64,000 nt of DNA from Lachnospiraceae bacterium (GCA_017625255.1 JAGALK010000145.1:2463-66462); one strand, 5' to 3'. Shown: positions 18,166-26,970, numbered from the stretch's first letter. The notes: generated from the letters alone by a model not told the origin. Program-made: numbers and translations.

Positions 18166-18375
18166 TTACTCTCCCTCTGTGTATATCTTTTTGCATCTAT
18201 CACAGGTCACAGCATCTAACACACGCCATATTATGTTATGTTTTTCTTCATACCTATCTTTATTATTATGAGCATATCTCCACTTTTTCCCACACATACA
18301 TTCCGTGGCACTTGTAGTTATATGTATAATTCCGTCCAATTTTGTACAAGGTATATCTCCATAATATTTAGCCAT
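18166..18375 (-). CDS. Cys-rich small protein (69 aa)
   Basis: ATG 18375 with SD aaggag; CMCGKK...CDRCKK. Confidence 0.5.
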   Translation of the reverse strand: MAKYYGDIPCTKLDGIIHITTSATECMCGKKWRYAHNNKDRYEEKHNIIWRVLDAVTCDRCKKIYTEGE

Positions 18376-18390
18376 TGGCTTTTTACTCCT

Positions 18391-18582
18391 TTAATAAATA
18401 AGTTCCTTATCCGTTCCTTGCCAATCACACTTATCACAACCGCAATCCCCGCCGAAATAATTATCCGTGTTCCACGGTTCATAATCATATATTCTTTTCC
18501 CGTTGATTTTTTTCTTGGCGACAATACTTATATGTACCCATACTGATGTACTTCCACATTTTGGACACTTTGCTTTTTCCAT
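18391..18582 (-). CDS. zinc-ribbon small protein (63 aa)
   Basis: Trimmed to ATG 18582 (SD gggag); CPKCGS...CGCDKC. Confidence 0.5.
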   Translation of the reverse strand: MEKAKCPKCGSTSVWVHISIVAKKKINGKRIYDYEPWNTDNYFGGDCGCDKCDWQGTDKELIY

Positions 18583-18587
18583 ATTAC

Positions 18588-18884
18588 CTACTCCCACCCC
18601 ATAATCCGTTCAAATTCTAATAATGGTATTTCAATAACTCTATCTCCAAAATCGTCGTCTTCGTCCATTAAATCCATTACTGGTTGAATTTTGATAAAAT
18701 AACGAATTTGCAATACTGGTTCGTCGTTCTTTCTGCCTTTTAAAAACGCAAAATAAATCGGTCTGATGTCTAACTCTTCCCCCTCTTTAAGAACATAATT
18801 TACCAAATATTCTTTAATTGTCTGCATAAATCGTATTCTTAAATTAAAAAAAGTGTAATACTGTTTTTTTGTCATTTTTCTCAT
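18588..18884 (-). CDS. hypothetical protein (98 aa)
   Basis: ATG 18884 with SD agaggg. Confidence 0.55.
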   Translation of the reverse strand: MRKMTKKQYYTFFNLRIRFMQTIKEYLVNYVLKEGEELDIRPIYFAFLKGRKNDEPVLQIRYFIKIQPVMDLMDEDDDFGDRVIEIPLLEFERIMGWE

Positions 18885-18888
18885 ACGC

Positions 18889-19212
18889 TTAACCCTCTAC
18901 CAACACTTCTTTTTTCTTAATGGTGTACCAGTTACCTTCCTCGCTTAATACCGCCACATCATCGTTATCATTGAGTTCTTCCAAATCCTCTGCAATCGAG
19001 ATGATTTTGGTCTTTCTCGGAGGCTGTTCTTCATTGCCGGACCATATACCCGTTTCCATAAAGTACATATTTTTATATTTACTTTTATCATTTTCTATGT
19101 AGCAACAACAGTAATCATCGCAAATTCCGTCTTCCTTATCAGTAAGGCATCTACCTAATGAATAGCAATAACCACTATCATACGCACCGCAATTATATTT
19201 ATTTTCTTCCAT
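18889..19212 (-). CDS. Cys-rich protein (107 aa; start uncertain)
   Basis: Track ORF reaches 19317 but would overlap the upstream gene by 86 nt. ATG 19212 has SD ggaagga; ATG 19254 is an alternative. Confidence 0.45.
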   Translation of the reverse strand: MEENKYNCGAYDSGYCYSLGRCLTDKEDGICDDYCCCYIENDKSKYKNMYFMETGIWSGNEEQPPRKTKIISIAEDLEELNDNDDVAVLSEEGNWYTIKKKEVLVEG

Positions 19213-19231
19213 AACTTCTATTTTCCTTCCA

Positions 19232-19525
19232 CTATGCAACAATTTCTTCCTCATAATCAGTAATTCTTCCCCGGTACACATTTTTGATATGGTATCTATG
19301 GATTTCTCCTTCTGCATCAGTATAATCGAAAAAGCCTTTTCGCAGTTCTTTATCTCCCACTCTTTCGATTGCCTGCGTATTTAAGAAGTTTTGTACCACA
19401 AGTTCATCGTCAAAATGAAATGTATCTCCAACATCTTCCAAATGTATGCTGATAACATCTTCATTTTCTCCGATTAAACAGCCTTTAATGTACTTTTTTA
19501 TTCTTGTGTCTATAACAATAGCCAT
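19232..19525 (-). CDS. hypothetical protein (97 aa)
   Basis: ATG 19525 with SD aaggag. Confidence 0.55.
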   Translation of the reverse strand: MAIVIDTRIKKYIKGCLIGENEDVISIHLEDVGDTFHFDDELVVQNFLNTQAIERVGDKELRKGFFDYTDAEGEIHRYHIKNVYRGRITDYEEEIVA

Positions 19526-19549
19526 ATTATAATCTCCTTAAATTTCAAT

Positions 19550-19786
19550 TTACCGTGCTAACTTATAATACTTATCAATAACTCTTTCCGCTTGTTCCCA
19601 TACAAGCCAACTCACATCTTTATACGACTTGGCATTTGCTATAATTTGCCAAATACTCCTATCGGTATCAAACATCTTTTCACACGCATAATCAAAATTA
19701 TCTCTTCTTACCGCTTTTAACTGCTTTTCCTGCCACTTCTTTAATTGCTTATTCAATTCATTTTCTTCTTGCTTTGTATATTTCAT
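19550..19786 (-). CDS. hypothetical protein (78 aa)
   Basis: ATG 19786 with SD gggagag. Confidence 0.55.
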   Translation of the reverse strand: MKYTKQEENELNKQLKKWQEKQLKAVRRDNFDYACEKMFDTDRSIWQIIANAKSYKDVSWLVWEQAERVIDKYYKLAR

Positions 19787-19839
19787 ACTTACTCTCCCAA
19801 GTCTTAATTCATTTATTTGCTATAAATGGTACTAAAATA

Positions 19840-20223
19840 TTAAAAGCCTAATTCTGCCAAGGTTTTATTTACATCTCTTTGGCTTTGTCGAAAATACTCT
19901 TTACTTATTTTCTCGATCACTAAAATTCTTCTATTATTTTTTAAGAAGATAATATAATCATCAGTTTCCTCTTCTACAATATCCTCGGCAACCAATAACC
20001 CAAATACCTTACCCTTTAAGAAAGATAATTCCGGATTTCCAAAAGCCGTAGCCGTATGGTTCGCATAATAGTTTTCCCTTTCTTTTACCGCAACATAAAG
20101 ATTAAATAGGTATCTTCGGTTTTTTGTTTCCTTTTCCTCCAAATCTTCCCATATTTTAGTATCGTATTCTTCGGGTAAGTATTCGTACTCTTCGCCGTCA
20201 CATGATTTTTTTATAATATACAT
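19840..20223 (-). CDS. hypothetical protein (127 aa)
   Basis: Trimmed to ATG 20223 (SD aagggggg). Confidence 0.55.
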   Translation of the reverse strand: MYIIKKSCDGEEYEYLPEEYDTKIWEDLEEKETKNRRYLFNLYVAVKERENYYANHTATAFGNPELSFLKGKVFGLLVAEDIVEEETDDYIIFLKNNRRILVIEKISKEYFRQSQRDVNKTLAELGF

Positions 20224-20248
20224 AGGTTTACCCCCCTTTAATATTTCT

Positions 20249-21241
20249 TTATGTAATGTTCCAATCAATGCTTGAAAAATTATACTTTTTAGCTTTGGCA
20301 CCCAAACCACAAGATACATAGTTTTTAGGGTGGTGTTTTTTACTTCTATCCAATGTTAAGTACATATTATCCTTGCCAAAATAATGTAATCCCAAATCCT
20401 TAATTCTATCCATATTGTTTAATGGATATTCCTTACCTTGCTTTCCGGTACCGTAATCATATCCATACGCTTTTAAATAATCTACCAACTTCTCTAATTG
20501 TGCTGTGTTTGCAAAATGGATAGCAATTTCGCTTTCCTCAATATTGCAAAATTTGATTTTTTCCATATTACTTCTTCCTTTTTCCTCTTTCTTAAACTTC
20601 AAATCAGCAATCACACTCTCAATAATCCTTGCAGATGTTTCTCCGCAATTCCTCATAAGTCTTATGCGTTCTGCATCTCCGTCCAGTTCCAAAAGGTCTT
20701 CTACGGTGCAATAACCGTTTCGGTGTAAGATATTATAAATTTTTACCGCCAAACTTTCGTTGTTAGTATATTTATCAATACAATTATACAATTTGTCGTT
20801 CTGACAGTCAATTTCTTTCCCTGCTACACTGTTCAACCCAACTCTTTCGGATTTACACGGCGAACAATCAATTTTTCCGTCTACAATATCCTTTATCATT
20901 CGCAACTGTTCTACGGATAACTGGTTTGCATTGTAGAAAGATAAATTACTCAACCACTTTACCAATTCCTGCTTCTGTAAATACGCTTCTGCATCTTCCT
21001 TCGTTTTAAAAAGCAAGGTTGCATCACCCGTCATTCTGCTTTCTCTTAAATATTTTTGTCCGGTTTCCATATATTTACATTCACAAGCACCTGCTTTTAT
21101 TGTGACATACTTTTTGCCTACAAAAACAACCATAAAATTCTTGATTTCCGGCTCTATGGGTTTCCCTTCCCGAACAACTCCCTTATATTCTTTTACTCTA
21201 TATACGGTATTTCCTACCTTGAAATCTTTTAAACTTACCAT
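20249..21241 (-). CDS. 330-aa protein with an internal RNA polymerase alpha-CTD-like helix-hairpin-helix segment
   Basis: ATG 21241 with SD aggaagga. LAVKIYNILHRNGYCTVEDLLELDGDAERIRLMRNCGETSARIIESV follows the RpoA C-terminal domain pattern (LxVRxxNxLxxxGIxTVxDL...IxNFGxKSxxEI). Confidence 0.5.
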   Translation of the reverse strand: MVSLKDFKVGNTVYRVKEYKGVVREGKPIEPEIKNFMVVFVGKKYVTIKAGACECKYMETGQKYLRESRMTGDATLLFKTKEDAEAYLQKQELVKWLSNLSFYNANQLSVEQLRMIKDIVDGKIDCSPCKSERVGLNSVAGKEIDCQNDKLYNCIDKYTNNESLAVKIYNILHRNGYCTVEDLLELDGDAERIRLMRNCGETSARIIESVIADLKFKKEEKGRSNMEKIKFCNIEESEIAIHFANTAQLEKLVDYLKAYGYDYGTGKQGKEYPLNNMDRIKDLGLHYFGKDNMYLTLDRSKKHHPKNYVSCGLGAKAKKYNFSSIDWNIT

Positions 21242-21254
21242 TTTATATTCCTTC

Positions 21255-21452
21255 CTATATGTATATTGTTACAGCGTCCGGGCTTTCCTTTTCATCAATA
21301 TGATGCACCCTGCTGTCTGCTATTCTGCTTCCAAACGCCAAATGAAAATCTTTATCTTTATGAACTACAACAAAAGTGCCGTCCTTGACACACTGTAAGA
21401 AAAGTTCCTTATCCGTTTTCTTATATTTATTTACTGCTGTTATTACCTTCAT
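21255..21452 (-). CDS. hypothetical protein (65 aa)
   Basis: Trimmed to ATG 21452 (SD ggaggga). Confidence 0.5.
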   Translation of the reverse strand: MKVITAVNKYKKTDKELFLQCVKDGTFVVVHKDKDFHLAFGSRIADSRVHHIDEKESPDAVTIYI

Positions 21453-21466
21453 ATAACTCCCTCCAC

Positions 21467-21766
21467 TTAATATGCTTCTGCACAATATACTCCTTTATCG
21501 CCGTCTTTTGCCATTTTTTCAAAGCATTTGCAGTTCATCGCAATAAATTCTGCGTCCATGAATTTACTATCCATTTCAATCCGTGGGATAGGTTCCTGCG
21601 GATCAAGATGCGTCATTACATATTCTATCAACCCTGCATCGAACTCCGGGATTACATACCGAGGGTTTATTGCAAAACAAATTGCGTTTGTCTTCGGGCA
21701 TCGAACCGGAAGCGATTTTTTATTATGTTTATTTATCTGACAGCAGGTAATACATAAATATTCCAT
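21467..21766 (-). CDS. Cys-rich hypothetical protein (99 aa)
   Basis: ATG 21766 with SD aaggag; a consensus promoter lies just upstream. Confidence 0.55.
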   Translation of the reverse strand: MEYLCITCCQINKHNKKSLPVRCPKTNAICFAINPRYVIPEFDAGLIEYVMTHLDPQEPIPRIEMDSKFMDAEFIAMNCKCFEKMAKDGDKGVYCAEAY

Positions 21767-21789
21767 AATTTTCTCCTTCTGTTAAGTGT

Positions 21790-21818
21790 ATTATATCATA
21801 TTGCTGTGCCATATACAA
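21790..21818 (-). promoter_or_regulatory. sigma-A-type promoter
   Basis: TTGTAT 21818-21813, 17 bp, TGaTATAAT (-10 at 21795-21790), directly after terminator 21831-21859. Confidence 0.55.
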
Positions 21819-21830
21819 AAATCTACCAAT

Positions 21831-21859
21831 AAAAAAAGACACCAACCGAAGCTGATGCC
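21831..21859 (-). terminator. intrinsic terminator (UUCG loop)
   Basis: GGCAUCAGC UUCG GUUGGUGUC plus U7. The G-U pairs form only in minus-strand RNA. Confidence 0.65.
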
Positions 21860-21875
21860 TAATAGTTTACTGTCG

Positions 21876-22109
21876 TTATTCTTCAAGAATTTTCGTGCTT
21901 ATTCCCAATTCGTTGCAGATGTCAGAAAATTCATTTTTGGAAAGAATATTATCCTTCTTTATTTTATTGTTATAGTAGTAAAGCAAGTCCGACGGAAAGT
22001 GATATGTTTTATCTGTCTTTGCTAAATCCAGCATACTTTCTAATGTAAATTTTACGATATTTATGTATTGTTCCTTTGGAATGGGTTTATTATCTTTCAT
22101 ATTATTCAT
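21876..22109 (-). CDS. hypothetical protein (77 aa)
   Basis: ATG 22109 with SD gggag. Confidence 0.55.
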   Translation of the reverse strand: MNNMKDNKPIPKEQYINIVKFTLESMLDLAKTDKTYHFPSDLLYYYNNKIKKDNILSKNEFSDICNELGISTKILEE

Positions 22110-22119
22110 ACTCTTCTCC

Positions 22120-22299
22120 CTATCTCTTATTGATGCAATTTTTTAATTTTTCAATAATTTCCTCGGTTTCTTGGATTGTAAAGCCTCTTTCTTCCATTGT
22201 TCCTACGGAAATCCATACCTTGTCTTCTTCCATATAGAATGATAAAAAATTGTCCGTTGTTTCTTCGCTGGTTTTTGCGTCTATTCTGTATTTTTTCAT
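22120..22299 (-). CDS. acidic hypothetical protein (59 aa)
   Basis: Not in the track (<60 aa). ATG 22299 with SD aggag: MKKYRIDAKTSEETTDNFLSFYMEEDKVWISVGTMEERGFTIQETEEIIEKLKNCINKR. Replaces the compositionally odd track ORF 22151..22342 in another frame. Confidence 0.5.
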   Translation of the reverse strand: MKKYRIDAKTSEETTDNFLSFYMEEDKVWISVGTMEERGFTIQETEEIIEKLKNCINKR

Positions 22300-22356
22300 G
22301 TTTACTCCTAATGCTCTTTTTTTTATTATACAATAATTTCATAAGTTTTGTAAAAC

Positions 22357-22386
22357 AAAAAACAGCACCAGCCGAAGCTGATGCCG
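22357..22386 (-). terminator. intrinsic terminator (UUCG loop), sequence-related to 21831-21859
   Basis: CGGCAUCAGC UUCG GCUGGUGCUG plus U6. Confidence 0.65.
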
Positions 22387-22395
22387 TTTATGTAA

Positions 22396-22725
22396 TTATA
22401 CTAACTTCCGCAATTCAGAAATAAGATTACTGATATGTGCGGTATGGATATGGTCCAACCCTGCGTGTATCATAGGATTTTCTCTATTCCACTCTGAAAT
22501 TGCCGGATCGGTGGGAATACTATCCATAAACTCACGGTTTTTTCCATAAATTCTGCCGTCGTTCTTCTTAATTTTTGAAACAACAGCAAAGACTTCCTGT
22601 GTCTTCTCAATCCCCAGTTCCTTAATAATCGCTTCCATTGTTACCGCCGGACGATTTGTTTCTCTTGTAGCATCATAGATTTTACACACATTCTGCCACG
22701 CTTCTCTACATTCTACTGCGTTCAT
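22396..22725 (-). CDS. hypothetical protein (109 aa)
   Basis: ATG 22725 with SD agagg; terminator after the stop. Confidence 0.55.
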   Translation of the reverse strand: MNAVECREAWQNVCKIYDATRETNRPAVTMEAIIKELGIEKTQEVFAVVSKIKKNDGRIYGKNREFMDSIPTDPAISEWNRENPMIHAGLDHIHTAHISNLISELRKLV

Positions 22726-22729
22726 TTTT

Positions 22730-23257
22730 TTACCTCTTTTCTTTTTTCATTTTACTACCGCATGAAGGGCAGTAATTTTCCTGTATAACTGTTTTTCGTC
22801 CACAGCGCGAACAGTGATATATGGCTACATCTTTACAAATCGGATTACCATATTCATCTAAACCGTGAAATGCACTATACATAAAGCCCTTCCACCACGC
22901 TTTTTTCTCTACCCTAGCAGGAGTTACATCAATCCATTTTCCTTCTTCAAAATTCTTCTTGAAATAACTCATATTAGTTTCTTCGCAAGTACGGTATTCA
23001 TAATCTTCGTCGTCATAAATACTACCGCCTACGCCAAGATACGCACCCCAGTATTCCTTTCCTTCTGATGCTTTTTCTAATTCTTCTGCTTCTTCCCTTG
23101 AAAGATTATATACGGCAATGGAACCGCCCTCATTATACTTAAATATGTAATCTTCGGTTTCCAAATTATATAAATCTCTTTCGCCGGAAACAACATATTG
23201 ACACATTTCCTGCGGTGACGCAAATGTTACAGTTTCTTTGTTTTTCAAATTTCCCAT
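22730..23257 (-). CDS. protein with C-terminal zinc ribbon (175 aa)
   Basis: Trimmed to ATG 23257 (SD aaggaggg); CSRCGR...CPSCGS. Confidence 0.55.
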   Translation of the reverse strand: MGNLKNKETVTFASPQEMCQYVVSGERDLYNLETEDYIFKYNEGGSIAVYNLSREEAEELEKASEGKEYWGAYLGVGGSIYDDEDYEYRTCEETNMSYFKKNFEEGKWIDVTPARVEKKAWWKGFMYSAFHGLDEYGNPICKDVAIYHCSRCGRKTVIQENYCPSCGSKMKKEKR

Positions 23258-23270
23258 AGCTGTTCCCTCC

Positions 23271-23570
23271 TTATAAACAAAAGCCGATGCCATACATCTC
23301 TGCAATCGCTTTTATCTGTTCTGCTGTTAGTTCCTCTTTTTTGCAAACATTTCTTACAATCGAAAATGAATTGTTATCAGAGTGATAAATCACATCTAAC
23401 ATATCCGTTTCTTCATTGCGTACAATATCTACATTTTCTTCCCGGTAATGCAGTAATGCCATATAAAGAGCCTGCTTCATACGATTTTCTGCTCTGGGTA
23501 ATCTTGTATTTACTTCTACTGTATGTATTTTTTTACACACAGGACAACCGTAACTTTCTTTTTTTACCAT
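23271..23570 (-). CDS. hypothetical protein (99 aa)
   Basis: Trimmed to ATG 23570 (SD ggagg); N-terminal CPVCKK. Confidence 0.5.
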   Translation of the reverse strand: MVKKESYGCPVCKKIHTVEVNTRLPRAENRMKQALYMALLHYREENVDIVRNEETDMLDVIYHSDNNSFSIVRNVCKKEELTAEQIKAIAEMYGIGFCL

Positions 23571-23665
23571 TTTGTTTTCCTCCAATTTTAATTATAGAAG
23601 GGAGTATTTCTACTCCCCTCTGCCTCTTTGCTACCTAAAATGCACCATTACTATCTTGCCTTCAT

Positions 23666-23776
23666 TCAAGGCTCTTTCAAGTCTTCATGCTTGCCAAATT
23701 CAAGATACGGGTGACTTTCTACCAGATTGATGATTGTGGTACGGTTCCAGTGTTTGTCGAAAATAATCTGTATCAT
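23666..23776 (-). CDS. possible 36-aa peptide, translationally coupled
   Basis: ATGA overlap with the upstream stop (23776-23773), SD ggaggtgg; MIQIIFDKHWNRTTIINLVESHPYLEFGKHEDLKEP. Below the track cut-off. Confidence 0.3.
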   Translation of the reverse strand: MIQIIFDKHWNRTTIINLVESHPYLEFGKHEDLKEP

Positions 23777-24321
23777 TCAACCACCTCCGTATCAAGCACT
23801 ACCGTATCGCCCAGTACATTTACAATGCAGGAACTCCCACAGCAGGATAATTTCTTGCCCCGGTGTGCTTCCAGTACCGAAATCAAGGCATCTACGGTAT
23901 CGGCTTCTGCGGTAGGCTTAATGTTTAAAGACAAGTCTTCTGCACTACCACGCAAATCCTTTACCTCGATACTTCCGTTGTGACGGAGATTACGAATTAC
24001 CATTAACCACTCCGGCGATAATTCTATTACTTTCGGCTCTCCATAATCATAAGCGATATGGAGTTTGCCTTCCGTAATAATGATTTTTACATCACATCTC
24101 TTTGAAGTGTCGGGCTTTTCAAAGCCTACTCCCTCGTAATTGTAGTTCCCAGCCTTTACCTCTCCGAACTCAACGGCTCTTGCCTGCTCATAGATAGGTA
24201 ACTGCTGTTCCACTTTTTTGCACGATAAACAGATAGTGTCTTCGTTTATCATACTTGTTACTCTTGCAATGAGTTTACCACCGCATCTGTCACAGTGGGT
24301 TTTTGTCAAGAAATCTTCCAT
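23773..24321 (-). CDS. hypothetical protein with N-terminal zinc ribbon (182 aa)
   Basis: Trimmed to ATG 24321 (SD acggagg); CDRCGG...CLSCKK. Confidence 0.55.
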   Translation of the reverse strand: MEDFLTKTHCDRCGGKLIARVTSMINEDTICLSCKKVEQQLPIYEQARAVEFGEVKAGNYNYEGVGFEKPDTSKRCDVKIIITEGKLHIAYDYGEPKVIELSPEWLMVIRNLRHNGSIEVKDLRGSAEDLSLNIKPTAEADTVDALISVLEAHRGKKLSCCGSSCIVNVLGDTVVLDTEVVE

Positions 24322-24341
24322 TTCGTCTTTTCCTCCGTTTC

Positions 24342-24557
24342 TTAATTGTGCCACCAAGCATTTTTTAACCGTTTTTCTTCTTCGGCTTCTTTTACCTGCT
24401 TGATGTGTTCTTTGACTTCTGCTTCCGTCTTGAATGAGTGCATAATACTGCACCCACTTCCGTCGTTCCTCTGCTCAAACCACATAAACTTCTGTAATCC
24501 TGCACAGTAGTTTATCTTTTCGCCGAGGAAAGTTTCCTTATATACGATTGCACTCAT
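24342..24557 (-). CDS. hypothetical protein (71 aa)
   Basis: ATG 24557 with SD aaggagg; first gene after cassette F. Confidence 0.5.
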   Translation of the reverse strand: MSAIVYKETFLGEKINYCAGLQKFMWFEQRNDGSGCSIMHSFKTEAEVKEHIKQVKEAEEEKRLKNAWWHN

Positions 24558-24589
24558 AGGCAACCTCCTTTCTGCCTTTTTAGGCTTTG

Positions 24590-24701
24590 CGACAACAAAA
24601 AAAGGAAGTTACCCCGTTGGAGTATCTTCCTTTTGTTAGTCTATTTTGTTGTGAACTATTTGTTACAAGTATACTTTACAATATTTTTAGGAAAATTACA
24701 A
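24590..24701 (-). promoter_or_regulatory. promoter-leader cassette F (abuts 3' end of the XRE gene)
   Basis: -35 TTGTAA 24701-24696, 17 bp, -10 TAAAGT 24678-24673. Leader hairpin 24630-24604 plus U7. Mini-hairpin 24585-24574. Confidence 0.55.
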
Positions 24702-24704
24702 GTG

Positions 24705-24974
24705 CTATTTCCTGCATAACTGTCGCATTTTTTCTGTGCTTTCTTGATTATAAAAAACACATATATCTGCCGGGGCAACATCTAATATACTGCACAATGC
24801 AAAGAAATTATCAATTCGGGGCATTGCCGTTCCCCTTTCCCATTTATACACTGCCCCACCGCAAATGCCTAATGCCTTTGCAAGCTGATCCACGCCGATA
24901 TTCTTTCTTCTTCGTGCCTCTGTAATATTCTTTCCGGTTTTTACTGTATCTACATCGTATCTTTGTGTTTCCAT
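24705..24974 (-). CDS. XRE-family (Cro/CI-type) helix-turn-helix transcriptional regulator
   Basis: ITEARRRKNIGVDQLAKALGICGGAVYKWERG is a classic HTH_3 motif; ATG 24974 with SD aaggagag. Confidence 0.75.
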   Translation of the reverse strand: METQRYDVDTVKTGKNITEARRRKNIGVDQLAKALGICGGAVYKWERGTAMPRIDNFFALCSILDVAPADICVFYNQESTEKMRQLCRK

Positions 24975-24987
24975 ATTCTCTCTCCTT

Positions 24988-25677
24988 TTATATCAATCCT
25001 GCATTTAAAAGTGCCTGCTGTGTCCGATTGCGTCCGGTAATACTGTTTACATTCCGCTGTGCTTCGTGGTTCGGGTATCTTGCAATCAATGATTGATAAA
25101 TTTTACTTGCTTCATACGGCTCACATTCACAACCAATGTAATATATTCCTTTGGAACACTTCCCTATATGCTGTAAGCGTTCCGTATTCTTCATATTTAT
25201 TACGCTTTTTCGGTATTCTACCATTTTATTGATTACTTCTTCTCCATTCAGATTATTTCTGATTTTTTCGATTTCCAAGATAGCATCAACTTCATCTGCA
25301 AGGTCAAGAACGCTGGTGCCATTAACTACCAGCCATGCGTGATGCACTGGTAACTGGGTGTTTGTGATACACGCCCACCCTGCATAAGTCTTGATGTCCT
25401 CAATTCCAGCTTCTTGCAGAAGTTTTAATAATTCAAAAGTATTCTGATAACAACCACCAATACGGTAAGTTGCCCTATTTATTACTTCTTTTACTTTTTC
25501 ATCAGCAATTTCTACCGTGTTTTCGTGATGAAATGTCCGAAGCGGATTAGCTTTATTGCAGTTAATCGGATATAATTCCGAAGGGAATACACAGGACTTT
25601 AAAAAGTGACCGTCTTCTGCATCATACTGCTTATAAATAACGGCGTTTTCTCTTAATTTAATACTTTTATCCCACAT
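24988..25677 (-). CDS. possible transglutaminase-like / papain-fold cysteine peptidase superfamily protein (229 aa)
   Basis: GGCYQNTFELLKLLQEAGI...YAGW followed by HHAWLVVNGTSVLD fits the Cys...His...Asp core pattern of transglutaminase-like enzymes. Judged by eye only. Confidence 0.4.
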   Translation of the reverse strand: MWDKSIKLRENAVIYKQYDAEDGHFLKSCVFPSELYPINCNKANPLRTFHHENTVEIADEKVKEVINRATYRIGGCYQNTFELLKLLQEAGIEDIKTYAGWACITNTQLPVHHAWLVVNGTSVLDLADEVDAILEIEKIRNNLNGEEVINKMVEYRKSVINMKNTERLQHIGKCSKGIYYIGCECEPYEASKIYQSLIARYPNHEAQRNVNSITGRNRTQQALLNAGLI

Positions 25678-25678
25678 A

Positions 25679-26371
25679 TTACTTCTCCTTCAATAAATCC
25701 ATATACAACTGTTTATATACATCTCTTTCTGCTTCCAGCTTAATGTACTCCGGCATTGCCTTAATATCAACAATCGGTTCTGATACTTCCTTAATTTCCA
25801 CAGTTGCTTCTACATCGTTTTCTTCTTTAACTTCATCAATTCCCTTGATTGTTTCGTTTGCTTCCATTTTCTTCTGCACAAAATCCTGCCATTTTTTATA
25901 GGTAGCAACCGCCTCCTTCGTTGTAACCTTATCAACCGTCGGTGTAAGAGCAATGGTTAGTGCTTTTTCGATTTCAGCCATTTCTTCTTCCGTACACTGA
26001 TTGATGAATTTACCCAGCTTTTCCTTTTTTATCGTAAACGGTTTGTGACATAATGCGTAGGAAGGTTCTCTTGATGAAGAAATCTTCACATCTGTCGGAA
26101 GATGTCTTGTGAACCCTTCGCATCGTGATAAATAAACAATAACTACTTCATCATTCATTTCGTTAATCATATCATTACTTATAATAATTGCAGGTCTTCC
26201 CCCTGCGTTTAATCCGTAATAATTTCCTGCTTCTTCTTTCGGAATGATGTAGTAAATCTCTCCTCTTACGATATGTTCTCTCGAAACGGTATAACTTGCA
26301 CTACTCATAAATTTTTTATTCTCCTTTTCTCTTGCAAATTTTCCTTGTATAAGTATTTTCATTATTTCCAT
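25679..26371 (-). CDS. MazF/PemK-like toxin-fold domain with ~85-aa acidic C-terminal extension
   Basis: GEIYYI...GGRPAIIISND...VVIVYLS...LPTDVKI...ALCHKPFTIKKEKLGKFINQCTEEEMAEIEKAL is colinear with MazF/PemK. No separate antitoxin ORF is adjacent. ATG 26371 with SD aaggaa. Confidence 0.55.
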   Translation of the reverse strand: MEIMKILIQGKFAREKENKKFMSSASYTVSREHIVRGEIYYIIPKEEAGNYYGLNAGGRPAIIISNDMINEMNDEVVIVYLSRCEGFTRHLPTDVKISSSREPSYALCHKPFTIKKEKLGKFINQCTEEEMAEIEKALTIALTPTVDKVTTKEAVATYKKWQDFVQKKMEANETIKGIDEVKEENDVEATVEIKEVSEPIVDIKAMPEYIKLEAERDVYKQLYMDLLKEK

Positions 26372-26381
26372 TTTGGGTTCC

Positions 26382-26951
26382 TTATTTTTCTGTTAAAATA
26401 ATGGATTTATTATCATAATCTACCATAACGCTGTATTCTGAAAAAATCTCTTCTGTGAAAGTAAAATCATCTTCTGCGTCCAGTATTCCTTCGCCCACGC
26501 TGATAACAACGGTAAAACCCTGCTCTTTTTTCTCATTCATCTCTTTAATCATGTCAGTATTATCCGAAGCATTTTTTGCATCTTCTACCAGTGTGTAACC
26601 GATGATATTTTCATATAGTCCAAGGAACTGACTTCTTATACCGATAGTGGTAAATTCATAGGTGCTTCCTACCTCTAAATCTCCATATATTTCTGCGCTG
26701 TCGAATTTCAGCCGAAAAGGAGCATTTCTGTTATCCAGTACCAATTCATCGCCGTCTTCGGTTGTAATATAGATAAATTTGTGATTGCTTGTCATTTCTT
26801 TAACCGTTATGGTAGCTGTAATACTACTTTCCCAAAAATTCATAACAATAATATTTACTACAAATACAATCAAAAACAAAATTGCGATTAACCTTATCCA
26901 AAATACTCTTTCACTCTTTGCTTTTTCATCATACAAACTTACTCTTCCCAT
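26382..26951 (-). CDS. membrane-anchored protein (189 aa)
   Basis: N-terminal TM VFWIRLIAILFLIVFVVNIIVMNFW; ATG 26951 with SD aggag. Confidence 0.55.
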   Translation of the reverse strand: MGRVSLYDEKAKSERVFWIRLIAILFLIVFVVNIIVMNFWESSITATITVKEMTSNHKFIYITTEDGDELVLDNRNAPFRLKFDSAEIYGDLEVGSTYEFTTIGIRSQFLGLYENIIGYTLVEDAKNASDNTDMIKEMNEKKEQGFTVVISVGEGILDAEDDFTFTEEIFSEYSVMVDYDNKSIILTEK

Positions 26952-26970
26952 ACTTAATTTTCTCCTATTC

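Noticed and set aside
22151-22342. Track ORF of 63 aa (Arg/Asn/Lys-rich).
   Set aside because: It has no SD and implausible composition. A different frame (22120..22299) gives an acidic 59-aa protein with SD aggag, whose stop lies 10 nt before the downstream gene's ATG.
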